This document shows, piece by piece, positions 1-9,637 of a stretch of 64,000 bases of DNA (positions are counted from its first letter, which is position 1; every line of letters starts with the position of its first letter). Location of the stretch: the NCBI GenBank assembly GCA_022072505.1, contig JAJVHU010000037.1:52773-116772 (forward strand). Direction: 5' to 3'. The notes below the pieces were generated by a model, which did no database searches, had not been told where the DNA came from, and worked only from the letters and a program-made list of their open reading frames with translations. Position numbers and translations under genes: made by a program. The DNA comes from Phycisphaerae bacterium (GTDB lineage: Bacteria; Planctomycetota; Phycisphaerae; UBA1845).

Positions 1-51
1 TGCGCGAGGAAACAAGGAAACTTTTGCCAGAGGACCCGATTTAGGGGAGAT

Positions 52-693
52 GTGTCGGAAGCACGGGAGCGACATCGGTTGGCGTTGACGTTTCGGATCG
101 ACGGCGATGTCCGGTTCATCTCCCATCACGACACTCTCCGCGTGTTTCGGCGGGCGTTTGCCCGAGCCGAACTGCCGATCCGCTTTACGGAAGGCTTTAA
201 TCCGCATCCGAAGCTAAGCCTGCCTCTTCCGCGGCCGGTCGGACTCGCCAGCGAGGCTGAAGTCCTGGTCGCGGAGATGGAGGAGGCGATCCCGCCGAAC
301 GAGGTGCTGGAGCGATTGTCGCGCCAGATGCCCGGAGGGATCGAGTTGGCGGCGTGTCGCGCGCTGGGCGCCAAGGAGCGCCTGTCGCCGGAGACCGCCA
401 CGTACCGCTTCGACACGGGTGAGCCGACCTCCGAGCTTGCAGAACGCATGACCCAGGTGCTCGCGGCAGAGACCTGGATCGTCGATCGCGTGGATCGTCA
501 GTCCGGTCGGCGTCGTCCGATCGACGTGAGGCCGTTTGTGATTCGTCTGGAGCTTTGCTCCGGCGGCGTGGAGTTCACCCTCCGCGTCGGTGACGACGGA
601 TCGGCCCGTCCTTCCGAAATCGCAGCAACACTCGGGTTCCACGCGGATGCGGTCTATCACCGCATGACGCGAGTGGAGGTGCGATGGCGCTGA
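52..693 (+). CDS. Radical SAM-associated protein (DUF2344/TIGR03936-like)
   Basis: Motifs RFISHHD..RVFRRAFARAELPIRFTEGFNPHPKLS..LPRPVG.ASEAE and C-terminal GSARP; lies upstream of RNase E/G, the usual context for this family. Confidence 0.85.
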   Translation: MSEARERHRLALTFRIDGDVRFISHHDTLRVFRRAFARAELPIRFTEGFNPHPKLSLPLPRPVGLASEAEVLVAEMEEAIPPNEVLERLSRQMPGGIELAACRALGAKERLSPETATYRFDTGEPTSELAERMTQVLAAETWIVDRVDRQSGRRRPIDVRPFVIRLELCSGGVEFTLRVGDDGSARPSEIAATLGFHADAVYHRMTRVEVRWR

Positions 694-3572
694 CGAAACT
701 GACCGAGGAACGCACGGAACCCGCCCCGACGACTACGGCGGGGCAACTCAACACAACGGACGAAAAGCCCGCGAAGACCGCCGCACGGCGCTCCCGCTCC
801 GGAAGGCGAACCGCGAAGACCGAGCCGAAGACCGGCGCGGCGGCGGTCCCGAGCGACGGCGGAAACGAACCTGCGGCGTCCGATCCGGCGCCGAAGCGAG
901 GGGTTCGCCGCCGTGGGGGATCCCGGCGCGACAAGGCTGAAAAGCCGGTCGAGGGCGGCGATCCGGCAGGCCACGCTTCAACGACCGCGCCGTCGCGGGC
1001 CACGGAAACCTTGACGCCACCCGCGGCAGCCGTCGCGCGGCCTGCGTTCGGCGCGCCGCTCGGACCGCCGTATCTTTCGGAGTCCTTCGATTTCGGCGCC
1101 GGACTCTTTGACGATGAGCCTCGTCCGGTTCCCGCGCCGCCGCAGCCGGCGCCTGTGCGAGCGCCCGCGCCGCATCCGCCCGCCGCGCCGCGCATCCGCC
1201 CGGCGCCCGAGCCTGTCGCGACGACTTCGGGTTCAGCCGCAGGCGGCGGTGATGCGAAAAACGAGGCGTCGGAGCAGCGCAGCAAACCGCGGCGGCGGCG
1301 CCTCGGACGAGGGCGTCGCGAGAATGAAGCCGTCAGCGATGAGCGTCACTCGGACGCGCCGCCGGGACAGAGTCGGCGGTCGGACGTCGCGGCTGACGAG
1401 CGACGCGCCGCCCGACCGGAGGCTCGCCGCGACGTTCGTGGCGACGAGCCCGCGGAACCGGGCGTCTTTGAACCCGCCGATGACGTTCCGGATTGGGTGG
1501 AGGAGGGCGCATTCGAGCCTGAATCGGAATCCGGAGAGGACCGCGCGTGGCGCGACGATGAAGAGGAGGTGGCGGGCGCTTCCCGGTCCGAGCAGGCGAC
1601 TCCCTCGACGGAGGACGAGGCCGCAGGCCGCCGCCGCCGTCGCCGTCGCGGCGGTCGTCGCCGTCGCGGACGCGGGGACGAATCCGGAGGGGAGGAGCAG
1701 GCGCCTCGTCGCGAGCCGGCGTCGCCGGTCGCGGAGCGAACGAGGGAAGCGGCTGATGACGAGGAAGGCGCGGACTTCGACGACTTCGAGGCGGGCGCCT
1801 CGGCGGATGCGGACGAGGACATCCCGATCGCGTCCGAACCGGCGGGCGCCGGCGAGCGCGAACTGCTGATCAACATCGCGGAATCCGAGGAATGCCGGAT
1901 CGCGGTGCTGCACCGCGGACGGCTCGAGGAGATCTTCATCGAGCGTCAAAGCGCGCAGTCGCACGTCGGCAACGTGTACAAGGCGAAAGTCACGAACGTC
2001 GAGCCGAGCATTCAGGCCGCCTTCGTGGATTTCGGACTGCCGAAGAACGGATTCCTGCACATCTCCGACGTGCATAAGAAGTACTTCCCCGGAAGCGACA
2101 AGTCGAACGAGGACGTGGGGAGGAAGATCGCGAAGCGCGATCGCCCGCTGATCCAGCGCTGCCTGCGCCGCGGGCAGGAAATCATGGTGCAGGTCATCAA
2201 GGAGGGCGTCGGGACGAAGGGACCGACCGTGACGACGTACCTGTCCATCCCCGGGCGGTTCCTGGTGATGATGCCCGGGATGGGCAAGCTGGGCGTCTCA
2301 CGGAAGATCGAGGATGAAGACCTGCGTCGCCAGATGCGCCACGTCCTGGGGGAGCTGACGCTGCCCGACGGCGTCGGGTTCATCCTCCGCACGGCCGGGA
2401 TGGGGCAGACGAAGCGAGAGCTTCAGCGGGATCTGAACTACCTGACGCGCCTCTGGAAGAAGCTGTGCGAGCGCGAGGAGAACCTGCCCGCGCCAGCCGA
2501 GTTGTACCGCGAGCAGGATCTGGTCATCCGCACGATGCGAGACGTGTACTCGTCGGATTTCAAGCGCGTCGTCGTCGATGACGCGGAGACCGCCCGGCGC
2601 ATCCGCGACTTCCTGCGGATCGCGATGCCCCGCGCCCAGCAGCGGATCGAGCTTCACGCCGATCACGAGCCGATGTTCCACCGCTTCGGAATCGAGCGGG
2701 AGCTGGCGCTGCTCAACTCGCGGCGCGTGCCGCTGCCGTCCGGCGGATCGATCGTCATCGACACCGGCGAGGCGATGACCACGATCGACGTCAACAGCGG
2801 AAAGTTCCGCCGACCGGACAACGCGGAGGAGACGGCGCTGGCGATCAACCTCGAAGCCGCCGACGAGATCACGCGGCAACTGCGCCTCCGCGACATCGGC
2901 GGGATCATCGTCTGCGACTTCATCGACATGGTGCAGCTCTCGAACCGCCGCAAGGTCGTCAACGCGATGCGCGAAGGTCTGCGCAAACACAAGGAACGCG
3001 CCCGCGTGCTGAACATGAGCCCCTTCGGACTGGTCGAGATCACGCGCCAGCGGCAGCGGCACTCGTACGCCCGAAGCCTGTACTCGCACTGTCCGGTCTG
3101 CGACTCGACCGGCTGGGTCAAAACGCCCGAGTCCGTCGCGCTCGACGTGATCCGCATCCTGCGCTACCTGATCGCTCAGCCCCAGGTGCATCGGATCCGC
3201 TGTCACGTGTCGGCGGGGGTGGCGCTGGCGGTCCTCAACCGGAAGCGCGCGGAACTGAGCCGCCTCGAGGGCGACACGGGCAAGTCGATCGAGATCTTCG
3301 CCGAGGACGGGCTTTTCGGCGAGCAGATGCGCGTCGAGTGCGAGGATGTCCGGGGCGTGGCGCTCAACCTGCCGAGCCTGCCGGATGCGCCGTCGGTCCG
3401 GGCGGAGAACGAACGTCGCAACGGACCGGGGCGTCATCATCAACCCGAGCGCGAACCTGCCGCCGCGGTCGAGGCGGCGACGGAATCCGGATCCGGAGAA
3501 TCCGCGGGACGCGACGGTCGACCTCGCCGCAGGCGTCGTGGCGGGCGCGGACGCAACCGCAACCGGGATTAA
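684..3572 (+). CDS. rne: Ribonuclease E/G with long disordered N-terminal extension
   Basis: GNVYKAKVTNVEPSIQAAFVDFG (S1), TIDVNSG, QLRLRDIGGIIVCDFIDM, CPVC Zn-link; about 390 aa low-complexity N-terminus. Confidence 0.92.
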   Translation: MALTKLTEERTEPAPTTTAGQLNTTDEKPAKTAARRSRSGRRTAKTEPKTGAAAVPSDGGNEPAASDPAPKRGVRRRGGSRRDKAEKPVEGGDPAGHASTTAPSRATETLTPPAAAVARPAFGAPLGPPYLSESFDFGAGLFDDEPRPVPAPPQPAPVRAPAPHPPAAPRIRPAPEPVATTSGSAAGGGDAKNEASEQRSKPRRRRLGRGRRENEAVSDERHSDAPPGQSRRSDVAADERRAARPEARRDVRGDEPAEPGVFEPADDVPDWVEEGAFEPESESGEDRAWRDDEEEVAGASRSEQATPSTEDEAAGRRRRRRRGGRRRRGRGDESGGEEQAPRREPASPVAERTREAADDEEGADFDDFEAGASADADEDIPIASEPAGAGERELLINIAESEECRIAVLHRGRLEEIFIERQSAQSHVGNVYKAKVTNVEPSIQAAFVDFGLPKNGFLHISDVHKKYFPGSDKSNEDVGRKIAKRDRPLIQRCLRRGQEIMVQVIKEGVGTKGPTVTTYLSIPGRFLVMMPGMGKLGVSRKIEDEDLRRQMRHVLGELTLPDGVGFILRTAGMGQTKRELQRDLNYLTRLWKKLCEREENLPAPAELYREQDLVIRTMRDVYSSDFKRVVVDDAETARRIRDFLRIAMPRAQQRIELHADHEPMFHRFGIERELALLNSRRVPLPSGGSIVIDTGEAMTTIDVNSGKFRRPDNAEETALAINLEAADEITRQLRLRDIGGIIVCDFIDMVQLSNRRKVVNAMREGLRKHKERARVLNMSPFGLVEITRQRQRHSYARSLYSHCPVCDSTGWVKTPESVALDVIRILRYLIAQPQVHRIRCHVSAGVALAVLNRKRAELSRLEGDTGKSIEIFAEDGLFGEQMRVECEDVRGVALNLPSLPDAPSVRAENERRNGPGRHHQPEREPAAAVEAATESGSGESAGRDGRPRRRRRGGRGRNRNRD

Positions 3573-3657
3573 GCGGACGGATAAGACGGACCGACGTTGA
3601 CGTTCGGCTCGGATTGCCGAAGGCGCCGGGGCTGCGCCGAGGGCGCTCGGTTGCGGT

Positions 3658-4962
3658 TCAGGAGTCGAAGCGGCGGACGATGACGGCGTCGTTCTGTCCG
3701 CCGAATCCGAAGCTGTTGGACATCGCGGTGCGCACCGGGTGCGGTCGCGCGGCGTTGGGCACGTAGTCCAGCTCGCAGAAGGGGTCGGGCGTCTCGTAGT
3801 TGATCGTCGGCGGGACGACGCCGTCGCGGATCGCCAGGATGCAGGTGATCAGCTCGACGACCCCCGCCGCCGCAATCAGGTGTCCGAGCATGCTCTTCAC
3901 GCTCGATATCGGGACGCGCGGGGCGCGAGCGCCGAAAAGCCTGCGGATCGCCAGCGTCTCGATCTTGTCGTTCTCCTGCGTGCCCGTGCCGTGCGCGGAG
4001 ATGTAGTCGATGTCGTCGATCGTCAGCCCCGCGGTCTCGAGCGCCATCCGCATCGCCGCGATCGCGCCGCGGCCTTCCTCGTGAATATCCGTGATGCGGA
4101 AGGCGTCGGCGGTGGATCCGAACCCGACGATCTCCGCGTAGATCTTCGCCCCGCGCGACCGCGCGTGCTCCAGTTCCTCAAGCACGATCATGCCCGCGCC
4201 CTCGCCGAGGACGAAACCGTCGCGGTTGCGGTCAAACGGGCGGGAGGCGCGCGGCGGATCCTCATTGTGCGTGGACAGCGCCGTCAGGCGGTTGAACCCG
4301 GTGACGCCGAGGGGGTGGATCATGCTGTGCGTGCCGCCGGAGATGACCGCGTCCGCGTCGCCGTGACGGATCATGTGCATCGCCTCGCCGATCGCCTGCG
4401 TGCTGGCGGCGCAGGCGGTCAGCGTGTTGAGGCTCGGACCCTGGACGTTGAAGTGAACCGCCAGGTGGCTCGCCGCCAGATTCGGATCCTGCTCGAGTTC
4501 GTTGACCGCGTTGAGCCGCTGAAGCGCGCGGTGCGCCCAGCGGATCGTGTCCAGCGGGATGGCGCGACCGTCGTCCTCCCGGCATCCGGCGATCGCCGCT
4601 TCGGCGAAGGCGTCAAAGTCGATCGGACCTTCTCCGCCGCCCAGATAAATGCCGATCCGCGCCGGGTCCGCGGGAGGGGTTCGGACGAAACCCGCGTCCT
4701 TCCACGCGATGTGTGCCGCCGCCAGCGCGAACTGCGTATTGCGGCTCGCACCTGCGTGCGCCTCCGCCGCGGGACCGAGGAAATCCGCCAGCCGGAAGCC
4801 TTTCACCTGCGCGGCGAAGGTCGTCGGATAAGCGGCGGCGTCAAAAAGCTCGTTCCGGCTGACGCCGCTTTCCCCGCGCAGGAGGCGCTTCCAGACCGTC
4901 TCGATCTCGTGCCCGAGCGGCGTTACCCACCCCAGCCCCGTGATGACCACCCGGCGCGACAT
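3658..4962 (-). CDS. fabF: Beta-ketoacyl-ACP synthase II (catalytic KS)
   Basis: Intact Cys-His-His triad (TACAAS, SAHGTGT, KSMLGH); C-terminal SNSFGFGGQN. Confidence 0.92.
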   Translation of the reverse strand: MSRRVVITGLGWVTPLGHEIETVWKRLLRGESGVSRNELFDAAAYPTTFAAQVKGFRLADFLGPAAEAHAGASRNTQFALAAAHIAWKDAGFVRTPPADPARIGIYLGGGEGPIDFDAFAEAAIAGCREDDGRAIPLDTIRWAHRALQRLNAVNELEQDPNLAASHLAVHFNVQGPSLNTLTACAASTQAIGEAMHMIRHGDADAVISGGTHSMIHPLGVTGFNRLTALSTHNEDPPRASRPFDRNRDGFVLGEGAGMIVLEELEHARSRGAKIYAEIVGFGSTADAFRITDIHEEGRGAIAAMRMALETAGLTIDDIDYISAHGTGTQENDKIETLAIRRLFGARAPRVPISSVKSMLGHLIAAAGVVELITCILAIRDGVVPPTINYETPDPFCELDYVPNAARPHPVRTAMSNSFGFGGQNDAVIVRRFDS

Positions 4963-4965
4963 GCG

Positions 4966-6303
4966 TTATTCCTGAATCCGGCGCACGACCAGCGCCGCCA
5001 CCTGAGAACCCGCCAGCGCATACGTGACGCTGACCAAGACGTTCAACCGCGCATCCGCCGGATCGCTCGAGGCGAAGCGAAACCCCGGCGGCGACGCGGC
5101 GTTCAACGAGGGCGGAACCGTCCGATGATGCAGCGCCAGGACGCCGGTGGCGAGGTCGATCGCGCCCGAGCCCGCCCCGTTGTTCCCCAGCGATCCCTTC
5201 ACGCAGACCGCCCAGGGTTTTCTGGCGGAGTCGCCCAGCACCGCGTTCCAACCGGCAAGCTCTGACGCGTCGTACGCCGGGATTCCCGCGCCGAAGGGGA
5301 CGACCAGGTCCACATCGTCCGGTCGCACTGACGCCTCCTTCATGGCCGCGCGCACCGCGAGTTCGACGGGCCGGCCCGTCGGATCCGGACGCGACCAGCT
5401 GTGGGCGTTGCTGGCCGCGCCGAAACCCACGATTTCACCGTAAATCCTCGCTCCGCGACGATGCGCGTGCTCCAGCGCCTCCAGCACGATCAAACCGCCG
5501 CCTTCCGCCGCAACGGTTCCCGCCGCGTCTTCGCTGAAGGGACGGCAGGCGCGGGACGGATCGGGGTTCGACTCCGTGTTCAGCTTGCCCAGCAGCAGCG
5601 GACGAGTCAGCGCCATCGGGTTCACCTTGCTCTCCGCGCCGCCGCAGATGCACAGATCCGCCGACCCGCGCGCGATCGTCCGGTAGGCCTCGCCGATCGC
5701 CAGGTGGCTCGACGCCTCGCCGCAGGTGATCGTGTTTGAATTCGCCTGAGCGTCATGCACGATCGTCACGTGGCAGGCGAGCATGTTCGGGAGGAACTTC
5801 AGCAGCCACAGCGGCGTCAGGTTCTCCATCCCGGCCGACCCCCACAACCGGTGGCTGAACCGGCCGGCGTCGTCCACCGCGGTGTTCAAGGCGCCGGCGA
5901 GCTCCGCCAGATCGGCGCACACCAGACCCGCGCCGATGTTCGCGCCGAACCGCGCCGCATCCACGTTGGGCGGTCCGGGCGACTCCCCGCGTCCGATCAG
6001 ACACGCCGTCACCAGCCCCGCGTCCTTCACCGCGTGATACGCGCAGACGACCGCGATCTGCGTGTCCCGCGACATGACCTTCGCCGCTTTGCGGTAGGAC
6101 TTCGGGATGGCGTCGTTCAACGAGAACTCGGGGAGTTCCGCCGCGATCCGGCAGGGAAGACCGTCCGCATTGAACGAGCGCACCGGTCCGACGCCGCAGC
6201 GCCGCGCCAGCAGCGCCTCCCAGTACGACTCCGCGCCGATGCCGATCGGCGTCGCCACGCCCAGCCCGGTGATCACGACACGCCGCGGCGCCATCATGCG
6301 CAT
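4966..6303 (-). CDS. FabF-like ketosynthase paralogue lacking catalytic triad (chain-length-factor-like)
   Basis: RRVVITGLG KS fold; aligned to the neighbouring FabF, Cys->Glu (CGEASS), His->Phe (PFGAG), His->Asn (KGSLGN); start may be 6297. Confidence 0.8.
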   Translation of the reverse strand: MRMMAPRRVVITGLGVATPIGIGAESYWEALLARRCGVGPVRSFNADGLPCRIAAELPEFSLNDAIPKSYRKAAKVMSRDTQIAVVCAYHAVKDAGLVTACLIGRGESPGPPNVDAARFGANIGAGLVCADLAELAGALNTAVDDAGRFSHRLWGSAGMENLTPLWLLKFLPNMLACHVTIVHDAQANSNTITCGEASSHLAIGEAYRTIARGSADLCICGGAESKVNPMALTRPLLLGKLNTESNPDPSRACRPFSEDAAGTVAAEGGGLIVLEALEHAHRRGARIYGEIVGFGAASNAHSWSRPDPTGRPVELAVRAAMKEASVRPDDVDLVVPFGAGIPAYDASELAGWNAVLGDSARKPWAVCVKGSLGNNGAGSGAIDLATGVLALHHRTVPPSLNAASPPGFRFASSDPADARLNVLVSVTYALAGSQVAALVVRRIQE

Positions 6304-6806
6304 CCTCCGCGCAACGCGCCTCCGGTCGGCTGGACCGCGCCGTCCGCCGGCTGAAAGGAACGCAGCAGCGTCATGAACGATTCCGTGAACACGAAGTTAT
6401 GCCTCGGCAATCCGGCGACCTGCGCCGCCCCGACGTGCGAGAACATCAGGTCGACCCGCCCGATCTCCTCTCCGTTGCGGCGCACGACGCCGCGCGTCGT
6501 CGCGCCGTGATCCTCCAGCGTCTCGATCGTCGCCTCGTACGCCAACGCGTCTCCGGGGACGGCGTAGTCGTCGAACGACGCCGCACGGATTTTCGCCAGA
6601 ATCACGTTCTCGCGGAAGTCCCGCGCCTCCCCGACCAGGATGCCCGCCGTCTGCGCCATCCCCTCAATGACCAGCGACGCGGGCATGATCGGAAATCCCG
6701 GAAGGTGATCGTGCAGGTGCTCCTCGGCGCGCGTCACGTTCTTGACCGCCACGGCGCGGCGTCCCCGCTCGAACTCGACGAACTTGTCGATCCAGATCCA
6801 GCGCAT
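6294..6806 (-). CDS. 3-hydroxyacyl-ACP dehydratase, FabZ family
   Basis: WIDKFVE..AVKNVT..E..HDHLPGFPIMPASLVIEGMAQ hot-dog motif. Confidence 0.88.
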   Translation of the reverse strand: MRWIWIDKFVEFERGRRAVAVKNVTRAEEHLHDHLPGFPIMPASLVIEGMAQTAGILVGEARDFRENVILAKIRAASFDDYAVPGDALAYEATIETLEDHGATTRGVVRRNGEEIGRVDLMFSHVGAAQVAGLPRHNFVFTESFMTLLRSFQPADGAVQPTGGALRGGCA

Positions 6807-6918
6807 GAAAAACCCGTCGGGACGCGCCTCCGACCGGATCGGGCGAACCGCCGCTTCCGGTCCCTGTCACAATGTGGCGCGTCCCCTGCCGTCGCCGCGA
6901 CGCGGCTCAGGCGGGGGC

Positions 6919-7314
6919 TTACGCCGCACGGAGCTTCTGCTCGACGTAATTGACGATCGCATCCACCGTGAAAAGATCGCGGATGCGCTCGACCTGAGGA
7001 TCTTTCTCGAAGTCGGACAGATCCGCATGCGGCATCGCGGAGCGCAGCTTGCTGATCCCTTCGTCGGTCATCTTTCCGTTGTCGACGTAGTCCGGGTTGC
7101 TGAGCACTTCTTCGGGAAACAACTCCGAGCGGTTCACCTTGATTCCGAACGCCTTCTCCAGCCGGAACACGATGTCGAGGAAGTCAATGCTTTCAGCGCC
7201 CAGATCGCCCTGAAGCGTGGCCTCGGGCGTGACCTCCTCGCTGTCGACGCCCAGCGCGTCCACCAGCACGTCACGGACCCTGGAAAGCACTTCGTCGCGC
7301 GTCGCCGTTGTCAC
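6919..7314 (-). CDS. Acyl carrier protein with internal insertion (131 aa)
   Basis: DLGAESIDFLDIVFRLEKAFGI phosphopantetheine motif; C-terminal TVDAIVNYVE. Confidence 0.88.
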   Translation of the reverse strand: MTTATRDEVLSRVRDVLVDALGVDSEEVTPEATLQGDLGAESIDFLDIVFRLEKAFGIKVNRSELFPEEVLSNPDYVDNGKMTDEGISKLRSAMPHADLSDFEKDPQVERIRDLFTVDAIVNYVEQKLRAA

Positions 7315-7422
7315 TTCGTCACCTCCGTCAGAACCGATCCGGACGACATCAGAACCCCCCGGCCCGCCCGCGGAATGCGTCTCGCCGGAGAAAGCGCTTC
7401 CCCGGTCCGCAGCCGAACCCCC

Positions 7423-7890
7423 TCAGAACTGAAGCGCCCGAAACCGCTCGCGCATCACCGAAACAATATGCCGATCCGCGTCTTCGTACCCCGGTCCCCT
7501 GGCCGCCGCCATCGAGTGAGACAGAACGAACCGGCCTCGGACGACTTCCTTTCCGCCGCAGGCGCCGGCCCCGGAAAATTCGCTCTCCGCGCCCTCCAGC
7601 CGCCGGACCTGCACATCCACCTCAAGCACGTCGCCGGGGCGGACGAAGCTCTTATATGTAATGTTCTTCGCCTCTTTGAGCAACACAAGGCTCGGGGCGA
7701 ATTCCAGCGACGACCGCACCAGCCACGCGGCGGCCTCCACCATCGCCTCCAGCATGAACACCCCCGGCAGCACCGCGAACGTCGGGAAGTGATCCGCGAG
7801 GTACTCCTCAGCCGCGGACACCGCTTTCACCGCGCGCAGTCGCGCGCCGGGTTGCACTTCGACGATCCGATCCAGAAGCGCAAAACGCAT
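7423..7890 (-). CDS. 3-hydroxyacyl-ACP dehydratase, FabZ/FabA family
   Basis: Start reassigned to ATG 7890 (MRFALLDRI); YLADHFPTFAVLPGVFMLEAM motif. Confidence 0.85.
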   Translation of the reverse strand: MRFALLDRIVEVQPGARLRAVKAVSAAEEYLADHFPTFAVLPGVFMLEAMVEAAAWLVRSSLEFAPSLVLLKEAKNITYKSFVRPGDVLEVDVQVRRLEGAESEFSGAGACGGKEVVRGRFVLSHSMAAARGPGYEDADRHIVSVMRERFRALQF

Positions 7891-7901
7891 GTCCCGATCC
7901 G

Positions 7902-9461
7902 TCAGCCGCGCCCAAGACCGCCGCCCATCCAGTCCCAGTCCGAACTCAGCCCGCCGCGCCGCGGACGATCTTTCCGCTCCGCCCGACGACCGGACGCCGC
8001 CGCCGCCTCGATCGCTTCCGGTCCCGCGCCGTGCGCCGGTTTCAGCGACAGCGCAATCCGTCGCTTCGGCCCGTCCACGCTGAGCACCCGGGCGTCCACC
8101 TCCTGCCCCACCTTCACCACTTCGTCGCACGTCCGCACACGCTTGTCCGAAAGCTCGGAGATATGAATCATCCCTTCCACGCCGGGCGCGACCGCCACGA
8201 ACACGCCGAACGTCTCCAGCCGCGACACCGTCCCCTTCACCGTCATCCCCGGCGCATAACTCTCGATCACCCCCGCCCACGGATCCGGACGCGCCTGCTT
8301 CATCGACAGCGCCATCCGCCGCTTCCCCGGCTCCAGCCGCAGCACGGTCACGTCCACTTCGTCCCCCACCTTGACCGCGTCCGCCACCGAACTGATCCTC
8401 GACCAGCTCATCTCGCTGATCGGGATAAGCCCTTCAACCCCCTCCTCGACTTCCGCGAATGCTCCGAAGTCCGCGACCCGAAGCACCTTCGCCCGCAGCG
8501 ACATGCCTTCCTGAAGGCGGGTCTCGATCCCCGTCCACGGATCCGGTCGCGCCTGCTTCAGACCTAGTGAAATCCGGTCCCGCTCTCGGTCGATCTTCAG
8601 GATCTTGACCTCGACCTCCTGCCCGACGTCCACGATGTCCGTGACTTTCGCCACCGGACGCCAGCTCAGATCGCTGATGTGGATCAGCCCTTCCGCCCCG
8701 CCGAGATCCACGAAGGCCCCGAAGTCCGTGACGTTGCGCACGCGCCCCGTGCGCACCTGCCCGATCTCAAGCTCCGTCAGCAGCACCGCCTTCTTCTCGG
8801 CGGCCTCCTTCTCCAGAACGCGCCGCCGGCTCAGCAGCAGGTTCTTCCCGCGGCGGTCCACCTCGGTCACCTCGCAACGCACCACTTCGCCGATCAGAAC
8901 CGAGATGTCCTTCATGAAATGAAGGTCAACCTGAGAGGCCGGGAGAAACGCCCGGATGCCCTGAACATCCACCTCCAGCCCGCCCTTGTTCAGACCGGTG
9001 ACCCGGCCCTCCACCGTCATTCCGCGGTCCAGATTCAGCCACGTCGCCCGCTGAACCGCCCCCTTGCGGCTGCAAGTCCACAACCCTTGCTGCTCGTCGT
9101 GGCGATCGACGACGACGTCCACCCGGCGGCCCGCGCTTAAGTCCTCATTCTTCCCGAAGTGATTCCGCGGAACGACGCCCTGATCCTTCACTCCGAAATC
9201 CAGAAAAACGTCCTCGCCGCGCGTCGCAACGACCGTTCCGGTGACTTCGGCGCCCTTCTCCAGCCGCCGGACCGTCACCGGCGCGTTCAATCCGCCGCTA
9301 AGCTCATCCAGGTCTTCAAACGTCATGTGCGCCATCGCGTCCGCCACCTCGCGGTCGATCTCCGCTTGCGAGGAACCCGGATCCGGAACGGACGGCTCAG
9401 ACGCATGCACCCCCGCGGATCCTGGCACGCTGGAGGGTGTTCCCGGTTGTTCGTTCATCAT
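7902..9461 (-). CDS. Ribosomal protein S1-like multi-S1-domain RNA-binding protein
   Basis: About five S1 repeats (FGAFVDLGGAEGLIHISDLSW, FGAFAEVEEGVEGLIPISEMSW, FGVFVAVAPGVEGMIHISELS). Confidence 0.88.
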   Translation of the reverse strand: MMNEQPGTPSSVPGSAGVHASEPSVPDPGSSQAEIDREVADAMAHMTFEDLDELSGGLNAPVTVRRLEKGAEVTGTVVATRGEDVFLDFGVKDQGVVPRNHFGKNEDLSAGRRVDVVVDRHDEQQGLWTCSRKGAVQRATWLNLDRGMTVEGRVTGLNKGGLEVDVQGIRAFLPASQVDLHFMKDISVLIGEVVRCEVTEVDRRGKNLLLSRRRVLEKEAAEKKAVLLTELEIGQVRTGRVRNVTDFGAFVDLGGAEGLIHISDLSWRPVAKVTDIVDVGQEVEVKILKIDRERDRISLGLKQARPDPWTGIETRLQEGMSLRAKVLRVADFGAFAEVEEGVEGLIPISEMSWSRISSVADAVKVGDEVDVTVLRLEPGKRRMALSMKQARPDPWAGVIESYAPGMTVKGTVSRLETFGVFVAVAPGVEGMIHISELSDKRVRTCDEVVKVGQEVDARVLSVDGPKRRIALSLKPAHGAGPEAIEAAAASGRRAERKDRPRRGGLSSDWDWMGGGLGRG

Positions 9462-9553
9462 GTCAGGCCTTTGTCAAGCAAGCAGCACACCCGCCGAGCC
9501 GGGTGTGAAGTTCGTGTGACGCATTGCGATTGTTATCCCCGAAACAGATGCGG

Positions 9554-9582
9554 TTTTTACAAACCCCGGCGCCGCAAGTCAA
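9554..9582 (-). promoter_or_regulatory. Candidate sigma70 promoter for the S1-like/fab operon
   Basis: Minus strand TTGACT-N17-TAAAAA, about 90 nt upstream of the start; the -10 is imperfect. Confidence 0.35.
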
Positions 9583-9637
9583 GGTTTGAGGCGGGTTCGG
9601 CCGGGGTTGCGAAAAACCCCGTTCAAGGGAGGCTTCT

